Shown here piece after piece: positions 42,061 to 53,300 of a stretch of DNA of 64,000 nt. Made by a program: the position numbers and the translations under genes. Each line of letters starts with the position of its first letter. The stretch's first letter is position 1. This DNA is from an uncultured Phycisphaerales bacterium. GTDB taxonomy: Bacteria > Planctomycetota > Phycisphaerae > Tepidisphaerales > Tepidisphaeraceae. The notes below the pieces were generated by a model, which was not told where the DNA came from, did not search any database, and was given only the letters and a program-made list of their open reading frames with translations. The stretch spans positions 192,001 to 256,000 of the forward strand of contig CAVWVQ010000005.1 of assembly GCA_963758525.1 (NCBI GenBank), read 5' to 3'.

Positions 42061-43242
42061 ATGCGTATCGGAAATCACCACATTGACGCCCCTTTCTGCC
42101 AGGCTGGCCTGGCCGGGTACAGCGACCGCGCCATGCGGCTTGTCGCGAGACGGCGCGGATGTCCGTATGCGGTCACCGAGGCGTTGCTCGATGTGATTCT
42201 CCTCAACGGCGGAGAAGGGCTTCGGAGATCCATCGACATCAACGACGAAGATCATCCCATCGCCGGTCAGATCATGGGGAGCGAGCCGGAGACGATGGCG
42301 CGGGCCGCCGTCATTGTCTGGGAGGCTGGATACGATGTGATCGATCTCAATTTCGCCTGTCCGGTGAAGAAGATCAAAAACAAAGCGCGTGGCGGTCATA
42401 TGCTGATGGACGTGCCGCGGGCCCTGGCCATCCTTCGCGCCGTCCGCGATGCGCTGCCGGCAGACGCGCCGACGACCGTGAAGCTTCGCCGCGGCTTCGA
42501 TGATTCCCGCGAATCCGAAGAGCGCTTCCTTCAGATTCTCGATGCGGCCTGGGACCTTGGATATGCCGCCGTCTGCGTGCACGGGCGAACCGTCGAGCAG
42601 AAGTACGTGGGCCCGAGCCGTTGGTCATTTCTCACGGACCTCAAGCAACTCTATCCGCGCCGCACGATTCTCGGCAGCGGCGACGTCTTCACCGCTGAGG
42701 ACGCGGTGCGCATGCTTCGCGAGACGAAGGTCGACGGCGCATGGATCGCGCACGGCGCGATCGGCAATCCGTGGATCTTTCAGCAGGCACGCGAGCTGAT
42801 TCGATCAGATCAACCGGCGCCTGCGCGTGAGTCGTTGGTCGATGACGCGTGTGATCCGCGTCATTTCCCCTCCCCCGGTGTACCAGGGGAAGGGGAAAGC
42901 ACATCCGCTGCGGAAGCTGCCTCGGTGATGTCACGCACGTTCGATCCCCCGTCACTCCTCGCCCAGCGTGACGCGCTGCAGGAACATTTTCAGATCGCGA
43001 TGGAAATCCACGGCGAGCAGCTTGCCGGACGGCGGATGCGGAAGATGGGGATCAAGTACAGCCGATTTCATCCCCTTGCGGGAGACGTGAAAGCCGCGTT
43101 TATCGATGTGAAGAGCCTCCGCGACTGGACCGCGGTTCTCGATCGTTTTTATGCCGGCGATGGTCCGGGCGTCTGGCCTGATCCCCGGTCCGCTGACGAA
43201 GTTAACGCTGGCGCGGGCATGCAGACTTGCGAGGTGGCCTGA
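42061..43242 (+). CDS. tRNA-dihydrouridine synthase (DusB-like)
   Basis: AGLAGYSD, IDLNFACP, TVKLRRG, VHGRT, GSGDV, GAIGNPWIF. Confidence 0.9.
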   Translation: MRIGNHHIDAPFCQAGLAGYSDRAMRLVARRRGCPYAVTEALLDVILLNGGEGLRRSIDINDEDHPIAGQIMGSEPETMARAAVIVWEAGYDVIDLNFACPVKKIKNKARGGHMLMDVPRALAILRAVRDALPADAPTTVKLRRGFDDSRESEERFLQILDAAWDLGYAAVCVHGRTVEQKYVGPSRWSFLTDLKQLYPRRTILGSGDVFTAEDAVRMLRETKVDGAWIAHGAIGNPWIFQQARELIRSDQPAPARESLVDDACDPRHFPSPGVPGEGESTSAAEAASVMSRTFDPPSLLAQRDALQEHFQIAMEIHGEQLAGRRMRKMGIKYSRFHPLAGDVKAAFIDVKSLRDWTAVLDRFYAGDGPGVWPDPRSADEVNAGAGMQTCEVA

Positions 43243-43415
43243 TGGATCGCTCCGACTCTGACGATCTCAAATACGCTTCCGGAGCCAACGGCGAAGAGCC
43301 GGACGGGCCTCCCTACAAGCCCACGCAGGCCGACCGCCGCACGATCTTCATCATCATCACCGTATGCGCGGTGCTGATCGTGCTTTTCATGTTGTTCATT
43401 CTGCGGATCTTCTGA
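43242..43415 (+). CDS. Small single-pass membrane protein
   Basis: TGATG coupling to dus; C-terminal hydrophobic helix. Confidence 0.6.
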   Translation: MDRSDSDDLKYASGANGEEPDGPPYKPTQADRRTIFIIITVCAVLIVLFMLFILRIF

Positions 43416-43684
43416 TGCACTCGCGCACGCCGCCACGCAATCGACTGGCCAAGGTCCTGCCGGAGGAGTGGCGCAAGGCGCTTCTGGAGCACGGGTGCGC
43501 AAAGCGAAAGTACACGGCCGTTTGCCGGGCCACACTGGTTTCGGGACGGATCATCGAGCAACTCATTATCGAGGAGGGGTGGATTATCGCGCTGGACAAA
43601 TCCGGACTGGGCGGAACGTTTGAGAAGCGGATCGATTTCGATCCGCGCACGATCGCGGCGCTGGAAGTGTTGCAGGTGGTTTAG
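43415..43684 (+). CDS. Small hypothetical protein
   Basis: TGATG coupling to the previous ORF; 89 aa. Confidence 0.6.
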   Translation: MHSRTPPRNRLAKVLPEEWRKALLEHGCAKRKYTAVCRATLVSGRIIEQLIIEEGWIIALDKSGLGGTFEKRIDFDPRTIAALEVLQVV

Positions 43685-43710
43685 AGGCGGCTGCCTCTCG
43701 CGTCAGCGCA

Positions 43711-44019
43711 TCAAGACCCGCGCTTGCTCCAATAGCCTGGCCGCCGCCTCGTATATGCGATGGCTAACACCAGCAACTCGTGTTCGCGGATCTCATAGAC
43801 CACAGCGAATGGGAATCCATCAAGCAGACGCCGACGCACCTTGCGCGACCCGCGATATGCAGGGATTACCGCAGCAAGCGATGGGCGCTCTGCAATTGCC
43901 GACGAAGCATCAGCTGCAGCTTTAATAAATCGATCCCCCAGACCTGCCTGACGATCTTCATCCCACTGCGCCGCCTCATCAAGTTTCTCGGCCGCTGCCG
44001 GCAAGAATCGAACGGTCAT
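43711..44019 (-). CDS. RelE/ParE-family toxin
   Basis: FLPAA..LDEA..W...GLG..F, RR..L..FPF.VVY, RRPGYW. Confidence 0.85.
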   Translation of the reverse strand: MTVRFLPAAAEKLDEAAQWDEDRQAGLGDRFIKAAADASSAIAERPSLAAVIPAYRGSRKVRRRLLDGFPFAVVYEIREHELLVLAIAYTRRRPGYWSKRGS

Positions 44020-44105
44020 TCAGGCCTGTCGCGCCGAAGCAATGCGCGCACGGATGAACACTTGTTCTGCATCCAATGCCTTCAGTCCCCCCTGCTCATA
44101 CGCTA

Positions 44106-45335
44106 GTGGCCCCGCTACGAAGTCGTGCAAGAAATTGAGGCCACGTGTTCGGCGTACCATCGTCTCATCCGCTCGTTGGTCCAGGTCCACTGGAACGGAT
44201 GAGCATACCGCCGATTGTACTCGTCGGACGCGGCAGTTACATGGTCGATGAAATGCTGGCGATCTTCCCAGGAGCCGCGGCGAAGGTAGTGCAAGCCGAA
44301 GTTGTCGACCAGCAACTCCGCTTGGTTGAGCCATGAGGCGTGAGCGGGGGTAAAGCGGGGCCGCCACCAGTGATGACACTGGGCCCAATACGCGGCGGTC
44401 TCGCCCGAGGTATGACTGGGATCTCCGTCCTGAATCAAGAACACTCCGTGAAGACCGCGATGGCGGCTGCGGAACCTTCGCAGTTGTTCGATGTAATGTT
44501 CGGCATCCTTCTTTGCCACCACGGCGGACTCCATCCGTCCGCTATGGAGGATCAGGAACAGGAGCAGATTGACGGTCCCATGCCGGGTGTACTCAAACTC
44601 CTGCTGCTCAATCGAGCCGGGAATGGCTGGCCGGATCGGCTTTCGTTCCAGGACCTGGTGGTTGGGGACTTCGTCAACCGCGACGGTCCAGACGCCCAGG
44701 TGGGCCAAATGGGCCGCTTGGGCATAGCACCAGAGCACTTTTTCCGCACGCTGCTTAAACAATGGATCGAGTCGGGCGGTTCGCCAGTACCGGGTGCGAT
44801 GCGGTTGCAAGTTCACGTCCTGCAGGATTCGCCGGACCATACTGGGGCTGATGGTGTCGACGATTCCGTCGACGACGGCCTGATGAGCCAGGTCGGCGCT
44901 GGTCCAATGAGTCATGTGCAACCCCTCGGCAATCGGCTCCAGGCAGGCCAACTCGACAATCCGCGCCCTTTGGAGGGGGGAAAGCTGCTGGGGCCGGCCC
45001 GAGCGAGGCTGGTCCGCCAACAGTTGATCAATGCCGCTGCGCTCATACCGCCGGCAGAGTCGCCAGATGGTTGAAGGGTCGCAATGGAGGTCGGATGCGA
45101 TGGTCGCAATGCATTGGCCGCCCGCGACTGCCAGGACCGCGCGGGCATGCTGCACTTGGAAGAAAGGCCGGCTCCGACTTCGGGAAACGCACTCGAGTGC
45201 CCGAACATCGTCTGCGGAAAGAATCAGCGGACAAGGCCTTCGACCGCGCATGGAAAATCCTCCGTGAATAACAAAAAGAATCCATTTACTATCTTAGCAC
45301 TGCTAATTTCTTGCAGGACTTCGTAGCAGGGCCAC
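44106..45335 (-). mobile_element. IS630-family insertion sequence, 1230 bp
   Basis: About 30-bp inverted ends GTGGCCC(T)GCTACGAAGTC(G/C)TGCAAGAAATT; TA at 44104-44105 and 45336-45337. Confidence 0.95.
44115..45251 (-). CDS. IS630-family DDE transposase
   Basis: HTH, PRSGRP, HWT, VDE, EYTRHGT, QDG...H, TPAHASWLNQAE. Confidence 0.95.
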   Translation of the reverse strand: MRGRRPCPLILSADDVRALECVSRSRSRPFFQVQHARAVLAVAGGQCIATIASDLHCDPSTIWRLCRRYERSGIDQLLADQPRSGRPQQLSPLQRARIVELACLEPIAEGLHMTHWTSADLAHQAVVDGIVDTISPSMVRRILQDVNLQPHRTRYWRTARLDPLFKQRAEKVLWCYAQAAHLAHLGVWTVAVDEVPNHQVLERKPIRPAIPGSIEQQEFEYTRHGTVNLLLFLILHSGRMESAVVAKKDAEHYIEQLRRFRSRHRGLHGVFLIQDGDPSHTSGETAAYWAQCHHWWRPRFTPAHASWLNQAELLVDNFGLHYLRRGSWEDRQHFIDHVTAASDEYNRRYAHPFQWTWTNERMRRWYAEHVASISCTTS

Positions 45336-45665
45336 TAGAGCCCTTGATTCGATTTCGTTAGCCCAGATCTGATCCGCATCAGCATCGACCGGTTCGTTGT
45401 CGAGGCTTTCCAACAGCTTTCGAGCGATGTCCGCCCGTTGTCAGGGCGGGCAGCACCAAGGCGCCTTCAAGAACTTCAGCATCCGTCAAAATAATCTCCA
45501 GCTTGGCAACCGGTATCTGATCCGTCAAGCAAATTCGACCGTCAGGGCCTCATTCATCGACAAACTTCTGCAGTTTCAACTAGAAGCATGAACCACCCTT
45601 CGCAATCGCTTTTACGGCGAACCGCGGCATGCTAAGTTGATCTCAGCAAACGAGGGGCTGACGGC

Positions 45666-47671
<2,006 letters not shown>

Positions 47672-47728
47672 ACCCCGTCTCTACCCAGGTGCTATGATGT
47701 GCTCATTCAGCAACGGAAGGATGAAATC

Positions 47729-49381
47729 ATGGAATTCGAAACTCAATCGATCACAGAGCGCCCGGCATGGAACGCGCTTCAGGCGCATTGCCAAGCCGCG
47801 GGAAAGACTCACTTGCGTGATTTGTTCGCAGAGGATCCGTCGCGCGGCGAGCGCCTCGCCACGGAAGCCGTCGGCATCTACCTCGACTATTCGAAAAATC
47901 GCGTCACCGGTGCAACGCTCAAGCTTCTGCTGCAACTCGCGGAAGAAACCGGCCTGCGGGGCCGGATCGACGCCATGTTCCGCGGTGAGAAGATCAACGT
48001 CACCGAAGGCCGCGCGGTGCTGCACATCGCCCTGCGATCGCCAAAAGGTGCTTCAATCATCGTAGACGGCCAGAACGTCGTCCCGCAGGTGCATGCGGTG
48101 CTCGACAAGATGGCCGAATTTTGCAATCGCGTTCGAAGCGGTTCATGGGTCGGTCACACGGGCAAGCGCATTGTCAATATCGTCAACATCGGCATCGGCG
48201 GATCGGATCTCGGGCCGGTGATGGCCTACGAGGCGCTGCGGCATTACAGCGATCGCGGGATCAACTTCCGCTTCGTCTCCAACGTCGACGGAACCGATGT
48301 TGCCGAGGCCACGCGCGATCTCGATCCGGCCGAAACATTGTTCATCGTTTCCTCGAAGACGTTCACAACGCTCGAAACCATGACCAACGCCCAGAGCGCC
48401 CGCGAGTGGTTGCTGAAGGGTCTTTCCGGCGACGCGAAAGCCGTGGCGAAGCACTTCGTCGCGGTTTCGACGAACGGCAAGAAGGTCGCGGAATTCGGCA
48501 TCGACACCGCCAACATGTTCGGCTTCTGGGACTGGGTCGGCGGCCGATACTCCTTGGATTCAGCGATCGGCCTCTCCACGATGCTCGCCATCGGCCCTGA
48601 CACGTTCCGAAGCATGCTCGACGGCTTCCATCAGATGGACGAACACTTCCGTACGGCTCCGTTCGACCGGAATTTGCCGGTGCTCATGGGCCTGTTGAGC
48701 ATCTGGAACAACAATTTTCTCGGTGCGCAAACGACTGCCGTGCTCCCCTACGAGCAATACCTCAAGCGTTTCCCCGCCTACCTGCAGCAGTTGACGATGG
48801 AGAGCAATGGCAAGCAAGTGACGCTTTCAGGCCAGAGAGTGACCTACGATACGGGCCCGATCTATTGGGGCGAGCCGGGCACGAACGGACAGCATTCCTT
48901 CTACCAATTGATTCACCAGGGAACGCGACTCATTCCCTGCGACTTCATCGCGTTCGTGGAAACGCTTAACCCAATCGGCCACCATCACGACATCCTGCTG
49001 GCGAACGTATTCGCACAGAGCGAGGCGCTCGCCTTCGGAAAGACGCTGGCCCAGGTGAAGGCGGAGGGAACGCCCGACGCGATCGCCCCGCATCGCGTGT
49101 TCGAGGGCAACCGTCCGTCTAACACAATTTTGGCGCAGCGGCTCACGCCGGAGACGCTCGGCAAACTCGTCGCCCTCTACGAACACAGCGTCTTCACGCA
49201 AGGAGCGATCTGGGATATCGATTCGTTCGATCAATGGGGCGTCGAACTCGGCAAGGTGTTGGCGCAGCGCATTATCCCCGAGTTGCAAACTGATTCCGAT
49301 TCCCAACTCGGGCATGACAGTTCGACGAACGCATTGATACGCCGATACCGGCAGCTGAAGACAGGGAAATCGTCAACGTAA
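47729..49381 (+). CDS. pgi: Glucose-6-phosphate isomerase
   Basis: [39 protein letters not shown]. Confidence 0.98.
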   Translation: MEFETQSITERPAWNALQAHCQAAGKTHLRDLFAEDPSRGERLATEAVGIYLDYSKNRVTGATLKLLLQLAEETGLRGRIDAMFRGEKINVTEGRAVLHIALRSPKGASIIVDGQNVVPQVHAVLDKMAEFCNRVRSGSWVGHTGKRIVNIVNIGIGGSDLGPVMAYEALRHYSDRGINFRFVSNVDGTDVAEATRDLDPAETLFIVSSKTFTTLETMTNAQSAREWLLKGLSGDAKAVAKHFVAVSTNGKKVAEFGIDTANMFGFWDWVGGRYSLDSAIGLSTMLAIGPDTFRSMLDGFHQMDEHFRTAPFDRNLPVLMGLLSIWNNNFLGAQTTAVLPYEQYLKRFPAYLQQLTMESNGKQVTLSGQRVTYDTGPIYWGEPGTNGQHSFYQLIHQGTRLIPCDFIAFVETLNPIGHHHDILLANVFAQSEALAFGKTLAQVKAEGTPDAIAPHRVFEGNRPSNTILAQRLTPETLGKLVALYEHSVFTQGAIWDIDSFDQWGVELGKVLAQRIIPELQTDSDSQLGHDSSTNALIRRYRQLKTGKSST

Positions 49382-49431
49382 TTACGTGCAACCATCGCCA
49401 CCTGCGAAAGGCTTACGTCGGATTAGCATGT

Positions 49432-49500
49432 GTAGGGCGGGATTCATCCCGCCGCATTTTGTCAGCATCTCAAACCGCGGCGGGATGAATCCCGCCCTAC
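49432..49500. repeat. GTAG-type REP doublet (REPIN)
   Basis: Same 22-bp arms as 31324-31391 with a different spacer. Confidence 0.92.
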
Positions 49501-49564
49501 GGTCGATCGATCAACCGGCAGCGTCTGATCGAACGATACACGAGTGCCCTCGCTGGGCGCGGCT

Positions 49565-49976
49565 TCATTCTGCCTCGGAGACAATTTGATTCGGGTCCCG
49601 CGGCACCAGCCGTTGGCCTACGCAATCCACGAGAAAATCCAGTTCTTCGAGCACGATCGCGCCGATCAGGATCGATTCCCGGTCGGGCTCGACGATCGCG
49701 CTAAAAACACTTTCGCGGCCGCCGTACGTGAGAAGAATATCCTTCACGATCGTTCGTTCGGCAGTGCGGCCGTCCGCGTAGCGCACCTTCGCGCTTCCCT
49801 TGGTTTCCAACCCGAGTTGGTCCGCAATTTTTGCCGGAATGACGAGGCGCGTAGCACCGCTGTCAACGACTCCGCGCACGCACGCGGCGCACCTGCTCCG
49901 GCGTGATCAGCCCGGCCCTCGCGCGAAAAAGATCTTCCTGATTGGCCAAATCCACTTCGACCGCGAAACGCCCCAT
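49565..49976 (-). CDS. Clan AA (retropepsin-like) aspartic protease, frameshifted near 49880
   Basis: MGRFAVEVDLAN..., VVDSGAT, ILIGAIVLEELD. Confidence 0.8.
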
Positions 49977-50102
49977 GATCGGCTCCGTTGTGGTAATCAT
50001 TGCAACTCCAGTTCGCGGCAACTCGCCCGGTATGTACTCGGCTTCCGATTATCCCCTCCTTGAGTAATAAAACGGTAACATTCCCTCCCAAGGAGAAACG
50101 CA

Positions 50103-51476
50103 ATGGTTCCTTCGCATTCCGATGCACTCGTTTTCTTCGGCGCGACCGGAGACCTGGCATATAAGAAGATCTTTCCTTCGCTGCAATGCATGATCAAACG
50201 CGGCACGCTCAGCGTTCCGATCGTTGGCGTTGCGAAGGCCGGTTGGGATCTCGACAAGCTCAAGGCGCGCGCCCGCGACAGCCTCGAAAAGCACGGCGGC
50301 GTGGATGCCGCGGCGTTCAAAACGATGTGCGAATTGTTGCGATATGTTGACGGCGACTATGAATCGCCGGCGACTTTCGCCGCGCTGAGGGAGGCGCTCG
50401 GAGCCGCGCGGCGGCCCGCGCACTACCTGGCCATCCCGCCCGCGCTCTTTGATCTGGTTGTCGACCAGCTCGGTAGATCCGGCTGCGCCAAAGACGCCCG
50501 CGTCATTATCGAGAAACCTTTCGGCCGTGATCTGGCGTCTGCTATTGCGCTGAATCGCACGCTGCTGGCGCATTTCGAAGAGGGGGCAATCTTCCGCATC
50601 GATCACTACCTGGGCAAAACCCCCGTCCGCAACCTTCTCTACTTCCGCTTTGCCAATGAGATCCTCGAGCCGATTTGGAATCGCCAGCATGTTGCAAGCG
50701 TGCAGATCACCATGGCCGAAAGCTTCGGCGTGCAGGGACGCGGCGCATTTTACGACCAGGTCGGCGCCATCCGCGACGTGGTGCAGAATCACATGCTGCA
50801 GATTGTCGCCCACCTGGCGATGGAGCCGCCGGCCGGGACGGATGCCGAGTCGGTTCGCGACGAGAAGGTAAAGGTGCTCAAAGCGATGGCTCCCTTGGAT
50901 CCGAGCCGTGTCGTCCGCGGCCAATTCCGCGGGTATCGCAGTGAGCCTGGCGTTGCGCCGGACTCGCACACCGAAACATTCGCCGCGGTCCGGTTTGAGA
51001 TTAACTCGTGGCGATGGAAGGGCGTGCCATTTCTGGTCCGCGCTGGAAAGAGTCTGGCGGTGTCGTGTACCGAAGTGATGGTTGAATTTCGCCAGCCCCC
51101 GGCGATTTATTCGTCGAAGCCATCACCGGCCAACTACTTCCGGTTTCGCATCAGCCCCGATATCGCGATCGCGCTGGGCACGCAGGTCTTGGAGGAGAGC
51201 GATCCGGTCGCGGGACGAACAGTCGAATTGACTGTGACCCAGGACGCCCGCGCGGCCGGCATGGAGGCGTATGAACGGCTCCTGCACGACGCCATGAAGG
51301 GCGATGCCACGCTCTTCGCCCGGGAAGATTCCGTCGAGCAGGCCTGGCGTGTGGTCGAGCCGGTCTTGGGAACTGCGACGCCCCTCTTTGAATACGATCC
51401 CAACACCTGGGGGCCTGCGGAAGCCCAGCAAATCACCGCCGGCCACAGCCCCTGGCACGATCCGAAGGTAACTTGA
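50103..51476 (+). CDS. zwf: Glucose-6-phosphate 1-dehydrogenase
   Basis: [28 protein letters not shown]. Confidence 0.97.
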   Translation: MVPSHSDALVFFGATGDLAYKKIFPSLQCMIKRGTLSVPIVGVAKAGWDLDKLKARARDSLEKHGGVDAAAFKTMCELLRYVDGDYESPATFAALREALGAARRPAHYLAIPPALFDLVVDQLGRSGCAKDARVIIEKPFGRDLASAIALNRTLLAHFEEGAIFRIDHYLGKTPVRNLLYFRFANEILEPIWNRQHVASVQITMAESFGVQGRGAFYDQVGAIRDVVQNHMLQIVAHLAMEPPAGTDAESVRDEKVKVLKAMAPLDPSRVVRGQFRGYRSEPGVAPDSHTETFAAVRFEINSWRWKGVPFLVRAGKSLAVSCTEVMVEFRQPPAIYSSKPSPANYFRFRISPDIAIALGTQVLEESDPVAGRTVELTVTQDARAAGMEAYERLLHDAMKGDATLFAREDSVEQAWRVVEPVLGTATPLFEYDPNTWGPAEAQQITAGHSPWHDPKVT

Positions 51477-51718
51477 TGGTGCGGACCCCAGTTCATCCAA
51501 GCTGCCTCATGATGCCGGCAGACATCCGGCCGCGGTCCCGGTTGTGTGAGCGGAATCTTCAGTAACTCCCCAGGCGATCGGACGGAACGTTCTCGCACAT
51601 TTTTCTGAGAATTGTTACTCATCCATCGAATCTGGTGCTAGAGTTTCCCCATTGGCGGCTGAAGGCGGTTCAGACGTCGCATTCCTTTAGCTGGGGGACA
51701 CATTGTTGGAGGTACGCT

Positions 51719-53218
51719 ATGTCGTTGGCAACGTTCCCGATTCTTCGCCCCGTTGAGAATTTCATCGGAACCCCGCGCAAAATGCTCATCGATGGGCAAT
51801 GGATCGCGGCTCAGAGCGGCAAGACGTTTGACGTGTTCAACCCTGCGACGGGAGAAGTGCTCGCGCGTGTGGCGGAGGGAGATCGCGCGGATATCGATCG
51901 GGCAGTAAAAGCCGCCCGAGCCGCGTTTGAGTCGGGGCCATGGCACACCATGACGCACTCGGCGCGGGCACGGCTGATGTGGAAGCTTGCCGATCTGATC
52001 GAGGAGCATACCGACGAGCTGGCGCAGCTTGAATCACTCGACAATGGCAAGCCCTTCGCTGTCGCCAAGGCTGCCGACGTTCCGCTGGCCGCGGAACTGT
52101 TTCGCTATATGGCCGGATGGGTCACCAAGCTCGACGGCTCCACGCTGTCGCTCTCGGTCCCCTACATGCCCGGGTCGATGTTTCACGCGTACACGATGCG
52201 GGAGCCGGTTGGTGTCGTCGGCCAGATCATCCCGTGGAATTTTCCCCTGCTGATGGCGGCCTGGAAGCTGGGTCCCGCGCTTGCCACGGGCTGCACCATC
52301 GTGCTCAAGCCCGCGGAGCAGACGCCTCTGTCGGCTTTGCGTCTCGGCGAGTTGTTCGAAGAAGCCGGCTTCCCGAAAGGCGTGGTCAACATCGTCCCCG
52401 GTTTCGGCGAAACCGCCGGGGCGGCGCTGGCGGCGCACGACGGAGTCGACAAGATCGCCTTCACCGGCTCGACCGAGGTAGGCAAGCTGATTGTCAGGGC
52501 CGCCGCGGGCAATCTCAAAAAGGTGACACTCGAACTGGGCGGGAAGAGCCCCAATATCGTCTTTGCCGACAGCGATGTGGACAGCGCCATCGCGGGCGCC
52601 GCCAGCGCGATCTTCTTCAATCACGGGCAATGCTGTTGTGCCGGCTCGCGATTGTTCGTCGAGAAGAGCATTTACGATCGCGTCGTGGAAGGAGTCGCGG
52701 CGGCCGCGAAGAAGATCAAGGTCGCGCCGGGCCTCGATCCGCAGTGCCAGATGGGCCCGCTGGTTTCGCAGGAGCAACTCGATCGCGTTACCGGATACCT
52801 CGAGTCCGGCCGGGAGCAGGGGGCGGAGTTTGTCACCGGCGGACATCGCGTGGGCAACAGCGGATACTTCGTCGAGCCGACGGTTCTGGCGAAAACCAAC
52901 GACGACATGAAAGTCATCCGCGAAGAAATCTTCGGCCCCGTCGTGGCGGCGATGCCTTTCAAAGACATCGAAGAAGTGGCGCGCACCGCCAACAATTCCA
53001 TCTACGGTTTGGCCGCCGGGATCTGGACGCGCGATACGAGCAAGGCGCACCGGCTGGCCTCGCGCATCCGCGCCGGCACCGTCTGGATTAACTGCTACAA
53101 CGTCTTCGACGCCGCCCTTCCCTTCGGCGGCTACAAGCAGTCCGGCTGGGGCCGGGAAATGGGCAAGGAAGCGTTGGAGCTTTACACGGAAACCAAGGCG
53201 GTCTGTATGCAGATTTGA
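51719..53218 (+). CDS. Aldehyde dehydrogenase
   Basis: IPWNFP, FTGSTEVG, LELGGKSP, GQCC, EEIFGPV, FGGYKQSG; GGAGG ribosome-binding site. Confidence 0.95.
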   Translation: MSLATFPILRPVENFIGTPRKMLIDGQWIAAQSGKTFDVFNPATGEVLARVAEGDRADIDRAVKAARAAFESGPWHTMTHSARARLMWKLADLIEEHTDELAQLESLDNGKPFAVAKAADVPLAAELFRYMAGWVTKLDGSTLSLSVPYMPGSMFHAYTMREPVGVVGQIIPWNFPLLMAAWKLGPALATGCTIVLKPAEQTPLSALRLGELFEEAGFPKGVVNIVPGFGETAGAALAAHDGVDKIAFTGSTEVGKLIVRAAAGNLKKVTLELGGKSPNIVFADSDVDSAIAGAASAIFFNHGQCCCAGSRLFVEKSIYDRVVEGVAAAAKKIKVAPGLDPQCQMGPLVSQEQLDRVTGYLESGREQGAEFVTGGHRVGNSGYFVEPTVLAKTNDDMKVIREEIFGPVVAAMPFKDIEEVARTANNSIYGLAAGIWTRDTSKAHRLASRIRAGTVWINCYNVFDAALPFGGYKQSGWGREMGKEALELYTETKAVCMQI

Positions 53219-53240
53219 GCGTCATGCAATCGCCAAAGAA

Positions 53241-53266
53241 AATCCCTCCGACGCTGCGGAGGGATT
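53241..53266 (-). terminator. Intrinsic terminator hairpin (rpsA; possibly bidirectional)
   Basis: AATCCCTCCG-6 nt-CGGAGGGATT, followed by TTCTTT on the minus strand. Confidence 0.7.
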
Positions 53267-53300
53267 ATCGTTGACAGATAACGAGCACGAACGCGATCGC

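Larger units (their letters stand above)
44020..45489 (-). pseudogene. Addiction-module antitoxin interrupted by IS630
   Basis: 5' part 45489-45338 (..RADIARKLLESLD..DQIWANEIESRAL) joins 3' part 44105-44020 (AYEQGGLKALDAEQVF..) when the IS is removed. Confidence 0.85.

Noticed and set aside
42800..42946. TTCGATC as target-site duplication of the Dus insert
   Set aside because: The copies are 140 bp apart, so excision would shift the frame. A 7-mer match can be chance.
44020..44388. 122-aa ORF as an intact antitoxin
   Set aside because: Only the last 28 or so codons are antitoxin. The rest is IS630 sequence read in another frame.
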